Notes: generated by a model not told the origin, from the letters alone. A stretch of DNA of 64,000 nt from Octopus bimaculoides (GCF_001194135.2 NC_068981.1:54348571-54412570); one strand, 5' to 3'. Numbered from the stretch's first letter, positions 14,100 through 28,680 are shown. A program made the numbers and translations.

Positions 14100-14445
14100 C
14101 TAGAAATTGTTGTTAATAACAGTGAAGACGAAGACTTAACTGAAAAACTCAGTATTGATAAGATAATTGAGTTGACAAGTAGACTAATCAAAGGACGAAA
14201 ACAATATATTGTATTTAGTTTTAAACGTTTGCTCTTCCATATTACTGTAGCTTCAAAACAGGGACAGTGTTTTCCCCTTCATGATATGCTCCTAGTGTCA
14301 TGAAGGTTTGGCAGTGAAAAAGTTAACTAATGCGGCACTAGTCTCCTAGGAATTTACTCTGAATTATTATTACATAACCTCTATAACAAAACAGTTAATT
14401 TAATGTCCGTCTGGAACCAAAGTGCTAAAAATTCATTGGTATACT
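14100..14445 (+). mobile_element. pogo/Tigger-type transposase C-terminal remnant and right end
   Basis: EIVVNNSEDEDLTEKLSIDKIIELTSRLIKGRKQ resembles Tigger/JRKL-like C-termini (SDDEDD..EKVPIDDMVKMCDGLIEGLEQ, recalled). The reverse complement of ~14405-14445 resembles the left end at ~63181. Confidence 0.5.
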
Positions 14446-14798
14446 CCATAACCATGTAGCAGATTTATTTACAGTGTCTGTGTCTGAGTAAATTTCATAG
14501 AAATTGGTAAGCAATAAAGCAGTATATACCATATCACAAGATTCTCAATTTCATTATTGATTCTATATTAACCATCAGAATAAAAGTTGACTTTTACTAT
14601 TGTGTTTTGTTTTTTTATATATTTGATTCTGAGAAAGTTTCACTTAGAGTCAAGTTACTAAATATTGACATTTCTTTATTAAGCTCAAGGTGTCAGACTT
14701 GGTGGGATTCAGACTCAGAAATGTAAAAGAATCAAATACCATTACGTTTTATGTGCACAAACTGAAAGATTTAATTCATGTATTCAGACATGCTAATC

Positions 14799-14830
<32 letters not shown>

Positions 14831-15834
14831 CCTTATACTTACTGATATGTACATACTTAGACAAGCATGCACTCATTGAGTTAATAAGAGAGTTGTTATG
14901 TAGTTGCTTAATCTTCTAGAAATAGTAGCCAAATCTCCCTCAAGTCAGAGCCTAAAGTCTTAAATAAAAGATTATGTTAGAGGATGTAATCCCTGATATG
15001 TAAAAGTTAGGATGGTCACAGCCCCTTAATCAACAACAATAGCAACATGCATTCATTTACTAAACAAACAGCATGCATTCATTTGCTAAACAGAGTCCTT
15101 ACCTGCTAAAAATAAGTCTTTAATATTCAGATTTAGAATCGTATTCTTCTGTCAGAATCCAACATTTGTTAAAATATGTTGATGTGTACTAGATAATATA
15201 TTTATACAATATCAATAGTTCTTTGCAAGCCTCTACATTTAAAATCTGTAAAAAAAGACAAAGAGAATTAAAAAATATTCATGTTAAAAGCAAACAAGAA
15301 TAAACTGTGATTGTAGTTGAATCACTAAATTATATTTCTCTTCAAATTCGATTATGGCACGGGTAGATGTTAGACAAGTGCAGGGTTTTTCTGTACTAAC
15401 AAAAAGCTGCATGCATATCAGACACACTCTCTTGTTCTTACACAATATGCCCTTGTGGCAAAATACAGTAACAACTGAGTTTGTATGTGAATGTAGGAAA
15501 TTGCCGAAACTGGCTGAAGGAGTTTCCAGATTTTGTAGTACCATCTTAGTATGTGTCCAGGCCATAAAATATCATTCCAGTTTTTTAACATGTGTTGTGA
15601 CGTTGACCCAGCATGATGGCATGTTGTCACTTGTGCAAATTACCTGCATTGGCCTGTTGCCACCAACTTCAAAGCTATGGAGATGAAAATTATTTATTTC
15701 TTCCATGCCTCATTTCATTGAAATGTAAACATGCCACTAATCACACGCTTAATGTGCATATGTACATATTATTAGATTGCTGTTTACTTGCCCGAGTTCA
15801 TTCATTTTTTTTTTGTTCATTAAATATAACCATA

Positions 15835-16180
15835 TAGGTGTAGATGTGGCTGTGTGGTAAGAAGCTTGCTTCCCAACCACATGGTTCAGGGTTTGGTCCC
15901 AATGTGTGGTACCTTAGGCAAGTGTCTTTGGGCTGACTAAAGCCTTGTGAGTGGATTTAGTAGACAGAAACTGAAAGAAGCCTGTCGTGTGTGTGTGTAT
16001 ATATATATCTGTGTGACTTTATGTTTGTGTTTGTGTGTTTATGTCCCTGTATCTTAAAGGTTCAGCAAAAGAGACTGATAGAATTAGCACTAGGCTTAAA
16101 AATAAGTCCTGGGGCTGATTTGTTTAACTAAACAAACCCTTCAAGGTGGTACTCCAGCATAGCTGAAACAAGTAAAAGAA
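15835..16180 (+). mobile_element. SINE family A, near full length
   Basis: taggtgtagatgtggctgtgtggtaagaagcttgcttcccaaccacatgg ... ctgaaacaagtaaaag. Confidence 0.85.
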
Positions 16181-18293
16181 TTGAAGAATATTTCATATAC
16201 CAAGTATGAAAAGAGATAAATTCAGAAGCATTTCTTGTTCAATATTCTTCTTACTCTACGCATGCACGCACGCACTTGGAAATTTTTGTTAAATAACGAG
16301 ACATGATTTCTTAAGAAGTCCACTCTTCATTTACATGGTGGTTCATGTTTGATTCCACAATGCATCATCTTGAGCAAATGTTTACTAACATAGCCTTGGA
16401 TTGGTCCAAATATCGAGTAAAATTATAGACCTCTGTGGAAGCAAATGGAACTGTATCAGTAATTTTCAATGCCTAACCTTATCACACTGTGTTATACTGA
16501 CTCTGGCTATGGATTACATTGAGTACACGTGTATGCTTAAAATATTTTACCATTTAATCAAACAGGAATACTCATCCATTGAAATGGATGAAAGAGTCAA
16601 TCATGTATAATTTTTATATTTATATTTTTCATGGCATGTTTCATTTATATTTCCTCTTCTGTTCCATATTTATTTCAACCAATTTTCATATCTTCTGACC
16701 ATACAAAAGAATTAGTAGTTAAGGCACTCCTTAGTCTACCAGTTAGCATATATTTTGGTGGAATTGTTGGAGTGTCAGACAAAATACTTTCCAGTATTTG
16801 TTGCAGCTCTCAACAGTCTGAGTTCAATTGATGCCATGTCTTTCTGGAGTTGATAAAATAAGTACAAGTCACAGTGTTTGATATAATCAACTAATCCTTC
16901 ATGTCTAATTCAGAAATTGTAGTTACTGTTGCTATTCTTCATTAAATTTTCTTCTGTCCATTCTCTTTCATTTGACATCCTTATTGCACATCACCAATGT
17001 TTATGCTTGAATTGTTTTGAGGGAAAAAACAAATCATTAATACTGGGAAGAATTATTATTCAAAAGACTGGAAATTAAAGATGTTTGAGTTGGCAAGAAA
17101 ATGGTTTGTGCAAGACTACTTTTAGAAGTTTTCTGGAGTTGGAAATGTTCTGTCAATTTTAATGTTGAATATTCCTATTGTTCTGTGAACAGAGCTACTT
17201 GAATTATACTGTATATGGCTGAATATTACACTGACACTTGTATCTTTAACATAACCCTAAGGCGTAACTAGTGAGTAACAAGGCTGGCCCTTTGAATTAT
17301 AGCTACAGTCCATCGGATGGACTTGCACATAGGTTTCCATCTGTCTAATTTCATTCACGAATCTTGAGTAAACTTGAGACTATAGCAGATGCACTTGAAC
17401 ATGGCACTGTGTAATGGGATTGACCACCCTGACTGTAGAGTGACCTTTTTTTTTTTATCTTTTAGTTAGGAAACAAGGCAGTGCCCCAGCACTCACTACA
17501 GGGCCTCTAGGACAAGTGGGTGGGAGAAAGGAATTCCCAAGTTGAAAAGCTGGCCCAAATGTTTGCAGCAAAAGTGGACTCTGCTACCCAAGTTGCTTGG
17601 TAGTGATATTAAACCAACAGATAGGTTAAGTCTGCTGTGCAAAGAACCAGGAGAAGCACTATCAGGCATCCAGTCTGTCATTTTTGCAGTTCTGTCATTC
17701 TGTGGCTTTAGGTTGATACTTTCTTTATCAATCCCAGAAGGATATAAAGCAAATTTAACCTCAGTGGGATTTGCTCTCTGCTTCATGATATTTATTGAGT
17801 CTTTGTTATCATTCTGTTGAATATTCAAATATCACTATCAATTCCCTTTGTTAACCGTTAGGACATTCATACATATAAACACCATTCATTTTATCTGTTT
17901 CCCATAAATGGTTAGTTATTTCATCTTGCTGTAATGAAATATTGCATTATAAAGAGATTTAAGATTTTTTTTTTCCCTGTATAGAAAACAATATTTTCAT
18001 TGATCATCTACTGAAAAACTTAATTTCTACATTATTTATTCCTTGAAAATGTTTTTCAGCTTATTAGTTTTAGAAATAAAATGAGCTTTCTACAATTTCT
18101 TTTATTTATAGATATATTTTTAAATATTTACTTCAATTTATTCAAGATTATCTTTGATACATATGAAAATATATTCCTTGAATAAATGAATTTTCTGTAG
18201 CCTTCCTGTATAAAATAAATTACTTCTGTTATAGAAATATATTTAATTTCTACTTCACTCTCTTTCCCTCTCTCACTCATGCATGCACGCACG

Positions 18294-18343
<50 letters not shown>

Positions 18344-20750
18344 TTTATACATTCACATGTATTCACTTACATATAATACACACAAGCACATGTGACACTC
18401 CAGAATGAAATATTGTCTTTGTTTCTTTGTTAGCAGTCCACTTACTGTGGACTCTGTCCACTGGCCCTAATCATTGAAGATTATATCTTCAGTGAGAGCT
18501 GTAAATGCTGTAAATTTTGATTCTTGAAGAGAATTACAACTGTGTTATAGAAGAGACGCTGAGTGTGAACAACAGCAACAAAAAAAAAAAAAAATCTAAT
18601 GGAAGCAGGAAAGGGGGAAAAATAACATAGAGGAGAAAAGAAAAAGAAATGAGGGCAAAATTTGAAGTGAAAAGAGAAGAGAACACTGCAGAAGGAGATG
18701 GAGAGGAGCAAGTCGAGAGAAGAGGAGGGTAGATGATAAGAGAAAAGGAACAGATAGATAATTTAGAAAACAATACTAGAACATAATGAAGCTCTTAAAG
18801 AAAAGGGACCAAGTGGGAGGTAAAAAAAAAAAAAAAAAAAATTGACTGGAGAATTAGTTGTAATGAAATGTGTGTGTGTGTGTGCTTGCGTGTGTGAAAG
18901 AGGAGGAGATCCATAGGTCATATATCATGTCAGAGGTAGCTTAGTGTCATTTTTGCCTGGCTGCCTCTTCACCTTTGGCTTAGTTTTGATTCATTTCTTT
19001 CTTTTTTTTTTATTACTTCTTTTCATATTTTTTTTTACTACCAGCTGACCATGTTTCTTAGAGGTCATTTATAATTCAGTAAGGAAGGAAGGAGTAGCAA
19101 AAGAAGCAAGGCACTATCAGAAACATCTACAACAATAAAGATTTAAATTATGTAAATATATTCAGAACAAAAAATGTGTCCTAAGACAATAACCAATAAA
19201 ATCATTGAGGTGCCTTAGGTTGTTTGTTTCGTTTTATTCCATTTTGATATATTACTTTGTCGTCATCATTACCATCATCATCGTTGTCATATCTTGAAAG
19301 GGTAAAAGAAATCCCCTCATCTATACTCCTGTGGCAAATAAATCATCATCATCATTGTTGTTGTTGTTGAGAAAGGAAGATGGCAGAATCAGAACAGCAG
19401 ATAAATTACTCAAGGGATATTTAATTATGTCTCTTTATGGTCTGAGTTCAAATCCTACTGGGGTTGGTGTTTCTTCTCTTCCTTCCAGAGTCAATAAAAT
19501 AAGCAGTCAAGTGTACCATGTGTTGATTGGATTGGCTAAGCCCCCCCCCTCACTTGCCCTAGGAAATCTATGGCCTTGAGCCATTGTAAGAAATACATTT
19601 TTTGTTCCATTCATTAATTCATCTTTTCCCTCTATTGCTTTTCATTTCATTTTATATTTAATTTCTATTTTTAATTTATTTAAAAATACACTGAGATTTA
19701 ATTTTTTAGATTTGGTTTTAAACGACTTCACTTTTGTCTTTAGCACATTTGCTAAAGTATTTTTTTGCAAAACTTATCTCTTTCTTTACACTGAATTCAT
19801 GGAAAAATTCACATTTTCTCGACTGATTATTAGATAGTTGAGAAAAAGAATTAATTTATCTGCCAGTGGCTTATGCTGTCACCAGTTTGCTACAGCTTTC
19901 ATTCAGTATTTGGAATGAGAAAGTTGTGGAGATCCACTATATTTTGATCCCTTATGGCTTTTAAGAGGTTCTTGATGTTTAAAATTAAACTGGCATGTTG
20001 TTGTAGTAAAGATTATTTGCCAACATAACATGGCAGTCCTGGTTTAGAACAAATGTTGCTGTAATTTAGCCCCAGGAGACATCATCTCCAGCTGTGTCCT
20101 TATATTTTTGAACAAGGGAATCTAGCACCCCAACTCAGCTCAAAACAATACCTGTGTTTCGCGATTTCCGGGTTATTTCCTTTCATCAGCACAGAATAAT
20201 TGTTTGGCTAGAGGTGGTGCTGCCAAATTCCTGTTTGAAATATATAGTTTTCAAAGTGACAACTAGTCACTGATCTATAAATTAGAAAATTACTATTTGT
20301 GAATATTACAAGAGTTATTCAGCAACAGTACTTTGTAGTAAAGATTATTTGCCAACATAACATGGCATGTCGTTGTTGAGGAACTCCAGTTAGTTCCATC
20401 ACTACAGAACTATGGCATAAAGGTAGCCAAATGAGTGCTTTGAAACAGGTATGATTGTGTGGTCGAGAAGTTTGCTTGGCAACACATAGTTCTAAGTCCA
20501 GTGCTACTGTGAATCTCCTTGCACAAGTGTCTATGTCATGTTGACCAATGCCTTGTGGGCAGCCATGCTGGGGCACTTCCTTGAAGAATTTTAGTAGAAC
20601 AAATCAACCTCAGTACTTATATTCAGAAAGAAATGTTTTTAGTACATTAGAGCATGTAATATAGGACCCAGGGTGACTTTTCTTGTGACTTTTTTTGGTG
20701 GGTGGGAGAAACGTGCTTCTTATATGCCATCAAATATGGCATCACTCATT

Positions 20751-20970
20751 AAGGCAGCGAGCTACCAGAATCATTAATATGCCAGGCAAAAATGCTTAGC
20801 AGTATTTCGTCCATCTTTACATTCTGAGTTCAAATTCCACTGGGATCAACTTTGCTTTTCATCCTTTCAGGGTTGATAAAATGAGTACCAGTTGAGCACT
20901 GGTGTTGATTTAATTGACTTATTCCCACTCCCCAAATTGCTGGCCTTGTGCTAAAATTTGAAACCAAGTA
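20751..20970 (+). mobile_element. tRNA-headed SINE, family B
   Basis: ggcagcgagct..cagaatc head, B-box gagttcaaattcc, and tail ggccttgtgctaaaatttgaaacc. Same family as 29349-29571. Confidence 0.8.
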
Positions 20971-21059
20971 TAGTATCTCTTGTTGACAGCAGCTTGGCAC
21001 ATGTACAATAGGAAGCTGAGATCATTTGTGCTCTAGTGATGACTCCAGTGGATTATGGG

Positions 21060-21511
21060 ACTCACCACTAATACAACAAAAATATGTGTTCTGGTCCTTA
21101 ATAATGAAGCTTTTAATTTTCTGAATTGTTTCTTTACTGTGTACCCTTTAAGTGTATTTTGGTTAAATTGCAGTTGTTGTTTAGCTCCAAGAGATCCCTG
21201 GTGGAGGAGATCTATTGATGAAAGAGATTCCTGCTATGATCATCCCTTTTATTCAGATGTGTATTTATATTGCACTAGTCAAGGAGTCCTTTCATTTTTA
21301 AGTTGGAAGGGCCTGTATTTAAGGGAGGTTTGGTTTTTATTTATAGCTGATCGAACAGCTGTAAAGAAACTCCCTTGTTTGTATGGTTAAGCTATTGTTT
21401 GTAATTGCAAATAAAGAAGCTCATTTTGTCTTCATTATTATTATGTTTTTTCTTTTTTGACAGCTGCTGATTATGGAAAAAGTGTTAATAAGTTTCTTTT
21501 TTTCTTATTCT

Positions 21512-21550
<39 letters not shown>

Positions 21551-22000
21551 ATGAGTAGGTATGTTATTTGATATTATTGCGGTATGTAGGTATGTTCTTT
21601 GATATTATTGTAGGATGTGGTGTGCTGTGATCATTCCCTGAATTATTCATGATGCTAAGTGTTTTATATAAGTATTTACTGTTTTGTGATTCAGGATGGA
21701 TGCAAGCTTTGTGCTTTGGATCTATTAGCATACTTTTGTATTTATACTTTTACAACATTTTTCCGGTTTTATTTCTTATTGTGTTGGCTTTAGTATTTTG
21801 CATTTGAGACTAGCTTTTTGATAATATAGTTATTTCATGCGTAATTGAAGTATTGTAGTTGTGTTTCCCATGCTAGATTTTAGAAATGCTTTGTGGATTT
21901 TTTTTCTTTTTTTGTTATATCAACTGAATTTAAGTTGGTCATTTATGAGCTTTTAGAGCCTTTGTGTTGATAGTAGATAATAGCCAATCAGAAATAGGTT
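21060..22000 (-). mobile_element. Highly degenerate non-LTR retrotransposon 3' region (tentative)
   Basis: Minus-strand ITAHHILQ resembles the C-terminal zinc-finger motif (TV.HIL..C). The 3' end reads ggagctaaacaacaac and the strand is strongly A-skewed. Confidence 0.35.
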
Positions 22001-22046
22001 ATAGTTTCATGATGAAATATGCAAGGTGTTGATGTGGATTATTTCA

Positions 22047-22266
22047 CCCTTTTGTTTCAATATATCTATTGAAATAACCTGCTTTCCTTCAGTTAATTTT
22101 GAAAATTATAAAGAATTTAATAAAATAGCTTTGTTATTATTAATCTTGTGTTTGGAATATAAATTAGTGTGAGATTTTGATAGAAGTTTTCAGTTTAACT
22201 TATTTTAAAACAAGAAGTTTGTGTTATAGAACCAGGACAGTCTCAGACTGGTTGGCATCGAAAGGG
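22047..22266. mobile_element. piggyBac-type MITE
   Basis: Left ttca|cccttttg and right cgaaaggg|ttaa (TTAA target, CCC/GGG termini). A related right end lies at ~53587-53603. Confidence 0.7.
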
Positions 22267-23323
22267 TTAAAATATAATAGTCTTTATCTGGGATACCTTT
22301 GTGCCACCTCTTGTGTTATGTTTGTATTACAATACTTTATGTATATGGAGATAATTGCTTATAAGTTTAGGCTGTGTAAATGCAAAGTGTTTTCTGGTGG
22401 GGTGCTGGTTATGATTTATAAAGGTGTGTGTATGAGAGACAGAGACAGAGAGAGGATGCTGAATGATATGTCTTCATAAGCATAGCAAATGAATTCAAGA
22501 ATGCTATCTAATGAAAAGATTATGTTAAAGGTATACATATCTATGAAATGCTCAATTACTTACACCATAATTACAATGAATCTACTGACAGAAATCAGTT
22601 CGCATATCCCTTGTTTACTGAGCAAACATTTTGCTTTTGTCTGTGTCACTTCATACAAGCATGTATAAATAGGGAGTTTTAACTGCCAAATATAAATTTT
22701 ATGGATTACAGTGAAACTTCCTGAATTTATTCCAAGGTATTGCAAAATAAATGAAAAAAAAATCAACTTTGTTTAGTAAAATGCATGAACAAAGAACTGT
22801 TAGCTGTAAGTTGATGCTAAACTACAAACCCTGTTATTGAAGAAGGCAAAATAAATGCTTAAAAAATGATAACCCATGTAGGAAGGGGACAGAAAGCTCA
22901 TCTCTAAAATTATTTGAAGTTATTCATCATCCTTTTACATCTGCCTTCAATACTGGCATGGATTGGATGGGCTGTCAAAGTCTGAGTCAGGTCTTATTCA
23001 GAGTTACTGCATTCCCATACAGTTGGAGGTTCATGTTTTGCTCATTCTAAAATGGAAAGTAGCCTGTAAGAAAAAAAAATGTGTGATTAAGCAAGCTTCA
23101 AAATGAATTTTCTGTAAGTATCTTTAATGACTTTTCCTTCATCTCCCTGAAAAGTTATAAAATAAATAATCATATAGGAAGGTTCTGCTAGATGAATGAA
23201 TACTTGTATATTGACCCTTAGGTACCATCTGAATTGCAAGAAAAGGAGTACATTTCATGGCTGTGTGATTAGTAAGCTTACTTTGTACCCACATGGTGTC
23301 AGAAATTGTTAGGGAGCCTATTA

Positions 23324-23371
<48 letters not shown>

Positions 23372-23372
23372 A

Positions 23373-23605
23373 AGCGTGTGGCCTAGTGGTTAGGGTGTTG
23401 CACTCACAATTGCTAGATTGTGGGTTCAATTCCCAGACTGGGCAAAACATTGTGTTCTTGAGCAAAACACTTCACATTGCTCCAGTACCCCTTTCCATCA
23501 GCGGGGCATATTTGCCTGCTCACCTAGTCAGTGGGGCAGCATCATTCAAAAGCTAAAATGATGCAAAGCACATTGTGACTAACGTTGTGTAACAACATCT
23601 GATAG
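23373..23605 (+). mobile_element. tRNA-headed SINE, family C
   Basis: A-box tggcctagtgg and B-box gggttcaattcc, then ttcttgagcaaaacacttcac. Confidence 0.8.
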
Positions 23606-24633
23606 TCTATAGTATAGTATATTATATTGTGTGTGTGTGTTGTGTGTATCTTTGTATTATGTTTGCGCCCCCCCCCTCCCCCCTTAAACATGTGACAACT
23701 AGTATGGACCTATGTCCTTATACTTTAGCAGTTCAGCAAAAACAGACCAATAGAATAAATACCAGACTTAAAAATAAGTATTGGGGTCAATTTTTTCTGT
23801 AAAATCCTTCAAGGCAGTGCCCTAGCATGGCCACTATCTGAAACAAATAAAAGATAAAGAAGATATAGAAATTATCTTGAATAATAAAAGAAAGACTAAT
23901 CGGCAAGTACTTTGTACAGGGAAATTCATACTGTGATACTGACACTGGATTAACTGACTTGGAGAAACACACATTCTGTTGCAAGGTGTATGATATTACT
24001 CACACTATTAGTAGCTCCCACCCCCCTCAAAAAAAAAAAACAACATTGACTTCATTTGTATATATGCTTTGATACTGCAAAAACAACATATAATGTTATT
24101 CAGAGGAAGAAACAACCTGTTAAAAAAGAACACACAGAATGTATTTGTAATTTTAAAAGTGCAAGATATTTGTGGATCATCTCTATAAATATATTTACTT
24201 AATGTAAACACAACAGACCTGTTTTCTATAACTTGTGTACTATTGTAGATGTTTTCCCAGCAGGTATAAATTGTTTTGTCAAAAGTTTCAGAGAAGGTGA
24301 ATACCTAGAGTGAAAAAAAAAAAAGCCTAAAACATTTGTTTTCTAATTATAGGTTATCGTTACCACTTGTTGCTGTTTAGCCCCAGGTCAACCCTAATTG
24401 AGTAGACCTGTGAGTAAAGGCATTCCACTCATGACCATCTATCTTTTTTTGCTTTTTCCACCAAACATAATGCATAGTATATCTAAGACTACAGTGCAGA
24501 ATATGTCCTTTGCTTTTTAAATGAATAGGATGTGATTTGAGAGATATTTGATTGCTATTTCTCACAAGTTGAGTGACTGCAGAACAACTTCATCATTAGC
24601 TTATATCATTATATACACTCTGTGTAAATTACT

Positions 24634-25007
24634 GTTGTTGTTACTCCGTCGCTTACGACGTCAAGGGTTCCCGTTGATCCAATCAACGGAACAGCCTGCT
24701 CGTGAAATTAACGTGCAAGTGGCTGAGCACTCCACAGACACGTGTACCCTTAACGTAGTTCTCGGGGATATTCAGCGTGACAAGGCTGGCCCTTTGAATT
24801 ACAGGCACAACAGAAACAGGAAGTAAGAGCGAGAGAAAGTCGTGGTGAAAGAGTACAGCAGGGTTCGCCACCATCCCCTGCCGGAACCTTGTGGAGCTTT
24901 AGGTGTTTTCGCTCAATAAACACACACAACACCCTGTCTGGGAATCGAAACCGCGATCCTGTGGCTGCGAGTCCGCTGCTCTAACCACTGGGCCATTGCG
25001 CCTCCAC
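24634..25007 (-). mobile_element. Young full-length tRNA-derived SINE, family D, with 12-bp target-site duplication
   Basis: Minus head ggaggcgcaatggcccagtgg..ggtttcgattcc (A and B boxes) and (CAA)-type tail. Identical gtgtaaattact at 24622-24633 and 25008-25019. CpGs are retained. Confidence 0.92.
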
Positions 25008-25906
25008 GTGTAAATTACTATATAAGCATAAAATGACAGTCTGAATCATTTTCACTTGGCCATGAAACAAAATGCTTATATATAGCAATTTATATGGGTT
25101 TCTTTCAAAATGAATGTAAATAGTTGACCCTTATTCTACTTATCCAAGTAACCTGTGAAATAATACGTGATGTACTAAGGGTGTCTCTACAAAGTTGGTC
25201 AGCTTCCTGAAAGCTGGTTGAATGCTTGCAACAGTAGATTCTGCTAAAGGTATCCAAGGTGCCAGATGGTCATTTTGAACAAGACAATAGATTAAATAGG
25301 CCATAGTGGGATTTGAACTCAGAATGCAAAGAGCCAGAACAAATATGACAAGACATCTGAACTAATGTTCTTAAAGTTCTGTCAATCCATTGCTTTTGAT
25401 TAGTACTATTTTATCAATCCTGAAAACGTGAAAGGCATAGTCAACCTCGGTGGAATTTGAACTTAGATCCTAGGGAGTCAGAACAAATACTGCAAAGCAT
25501 TCTGTATGATGCTTTAATGAATCTGTCAATTTGATCCGTGGTTAAACATGGTGGTTAGTGTAGGACCTGAGGGAGTTGAAGTAAGACACAATATGATTGA
25601 TGAGAAGAGAGACAATTGAGTGCAGTGGGCCTTGTTTGTGGTAGAGGATTGAGATTGGCAATCTCCAATATGAAATACATTTAAAGTGACAAAAGTACAC
25701 ACTGAACTGTTCTGATTGTCTCATACCTGAGATGTTTATTAGTTCTATTAATTTGATAGATTCCATTTAAAAATGATGCCCAAATGTTACACATGTCTGC
25801 TGGGGGTAATACTACTACTACTACTACTACTGCTGCATAAAAAAGCTGTGTGTGTTTGTACACACGCACACACACACTGGTTGATTCCTATTGGCTGAAA
25901 GCAAGA

Positions 25907-25909
<3 letters not shown>

Positions 25910-25943
<34 letters not shown>
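25910..25943. repeat. (ATT)n microsatellite
   Basis: Perfect trinucleotide run. Confidence 0.9.
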
Positions 25944-25944
<1 letters not shown>

Positions 25945-27539
25945 TCTACTCTATTGTTACACTCTTATTTCAGCTGCTTCCCGCCTCCACCCTCATTCGA
26001 ACCCTACCCACCTTGTTTATAGTATTTCTCCCTTACATCCTTCCCTCATGACCCACTCCTAATCTTTAATTAATCTTTCAATGAATTTAAAGAACAGTAG
26101 GCTGGTCTTGGAGGTGGAACCCTTGCTGAGTAGGAGAGAGCAAGACAAATAAATCTTGCCCTACCCTATGCTTCAATGGGTATAACAGTATAATGACACA
26201 CACATGAAGATATTTTTTCACAACATTAACAACAACAAAACAAAAAGAAGACCCTCAAAGATATACAGATGTTGTATACTATATATAAATGTATGTAAAT
26301 GCTGTATGTATCATATAGCCTCTACAGTTACAATATATAGTTTAACAATACAGTAAATTTATCTATTTTTTAATCAAAGGATATATTTTATATATCTACA
26401 TGCAACTGTATCTTTTTTCCTCTTTTCTCCACTCATTCTGTAACCATTTTTTAAAACTAAATTCTCTTTATATTTTTTTTCCTCGTTGTCTCCCTTTCTT
26501 TAATGTGTAAGTGCTCAAATTGCCAACACTATTTTATAATTTTCTTCTGGATACAATCTTTTAAAATCATTTTTGTTTTTTTGTTTCCATTGCTGCTTCA
26601 TGGCTACTGTTAAGCATTTTATTCTGTAGAAAAGCTTCCCCTATTTTTATCTAGCATCAAATATTCAAACTTGATAGCCACTAACAGTAAGTTCCATCAA
26701 CTATCAGATGTCCCTATTAACTGAAAATGTATATGATGGATGTTGCTGTTAAAAGAAATGAGATGAATTTTCATTTTGTTTTATTTTTAAAGCAAAGCCA
26801 ATTATTGAATTTTTGTCTGTTTGTATGTTTGAATCTCTATTGTTATTTGAAAATATTCTGAGTAAATGAGTTGATTTGTTAACATGAAATAGGCTGCCAG
26901 TACATTCTCTTTGATGAGAACATAGAAATACAAAAGTATCTGTACATGTATATGCATATGTGCGTGCGCACGTGTGTGTGTGCATATTGTGATATTTTTG
27001 TATCTGTTTTTACATTCACTTGTGCATAATGGGTGATATTTTTATCAAGTCTATTGTGATATATTGGTTAAAAACAATCCTTTCACTAAAAAAGAAAGAA
27101 AAAGAAAAAAATACTGTATACTCTAATGAATCATAAAATGTGATTGAATCAAATGCATAATGTTTATATTTATAGAAATATATACATTTCCCCAGTTCTA
27201 AATATATAAGAACTATTGAATCCTACTGAAACTATCTTTTTATCATCATCATTATCACTACCACCAGATGAAACAACCTTTTCCCATGTTTGTATAAGTT
27301 GGGTGAATTTTCGCTACAGCAGATTTTTTACATTTTGGTGTTGTTCTATTAGTAATTAGTAGTCAAATAAATGTTCTTTCTGTAAGGTTCATAAACAGAT
27401 TACAGTATTAATGATTTCATTGTCAAATGTTATTAAATTAGTATTATTATACTCTATTTATATCAAATTACCATGTGTGTGAGTCTGTATGTATATGTTT
27501 GTACATATACACACACACATACATGTATACACCCAAGAA

Positions 27540-27595
<56 letters not shown>

Positions 27596-28680
27596 TATCC
27601 AGTAAGTTTTGCAAAACACACAACTGCAAAGAATTGGAAAATGTGATAAGAGCATGATGGAAGCTCAGTAAAAATGTGTTATTAGTTAGCCGGTGATATT
27701 AGTCTTAGCAGAAGTAGGCTAAAGACTTTGGTGTAAGAAAGCTGTTTGTGATATAAGAAGAGATTTGGGTTTTACACGAGATGATAGTTGATAGTCATAA
27801 TACAGAAAAAGAAATATCAAAGGGAAAAACTGGATGCAGACATTTATGTATTTATACTTGTCTAAATAAATCCACATAAATGTATTAATGCAAGCCTTTA
27901 TATGTTAATACAATATTTTCTTTCATGATAAAAGATAATATTGAATAATTTTCCAGAGATATTTAACTGAACTGATAATTGTTAGTCTCATACCAAGTTG
28001 TTTTCTGTGAAAGAACTATTATTTTTATTTGCTGTTATTTACAATAACATTATTTGTTATTATTGGATGATATCGCCTTGTAAAAAAAAAATACTAATAG
28101 ATAAATAATAATTAATCTTAAGTAGGCCTCTGCTTAAATTTTATTTCAACAAAGTTCTCAGTCTGTAAAATGTCTTAAACTTAATGGCTGACTGATTCAG
28201 TTGGCAGATATCGTTGATAAAACATGTTATCAGGTTACTGCCTCACTATAATATTGTAGATAATATACTTCTTACATAAAAGGATTTACTGTGTAAACTG
28301 ATATTGTATTTGTCATTTCATGCAGTATGTGCACATATTGTTTATAGGATATGAAAATTACTGATACAGCTAATATATGTTTCATAGACTTTACAATGAA
28401 CCCTTATAATTGCCAAATATCTTTTCAAATTAAAAGAAATTTTTTTATTTCATAAAAATAACTGGAACCCAATCCTTTCTGTGCCAAAGGTTTATGTTGT
28501 TGAACTTGGGCTTCATCAATTTGATGACTTGGGAAAAACATGGAGTGGGAAAGAAGTTTATACACAAGAATGTAGTTTTAGGGGGAAAAGATGCAAGGAT
28601 TAAGAAAAACATTTAGTACAGAGTTCACTCCATTGCAAGTATTCAAATCCGAACCCCTGTTCCATCCTCACCCACATTCG

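Noticed and set aside
15354-15686. 110-aa + strand ORF and overlapping 93-aa - strand ORF in unique sequence
   Set aside because: No motif is recognisable and there are no + strand splice signals bounding it; kept only as context for the minus-strand exon candidates.
17496-17828. Overlapping 110-aa and 92-aa ORFs in GC-richer sequence
   Set aside because: The distal part is a SINE B remnant and the rest has no recognisable motif or splice sites.
24940-25007. tRNA-like sequence with A and B boxes
   Set aside because: The acceptor stem does not pair, and it continues into a SINE body flanked by a target duplication, so it is a SINE head and not a tRNA gene.
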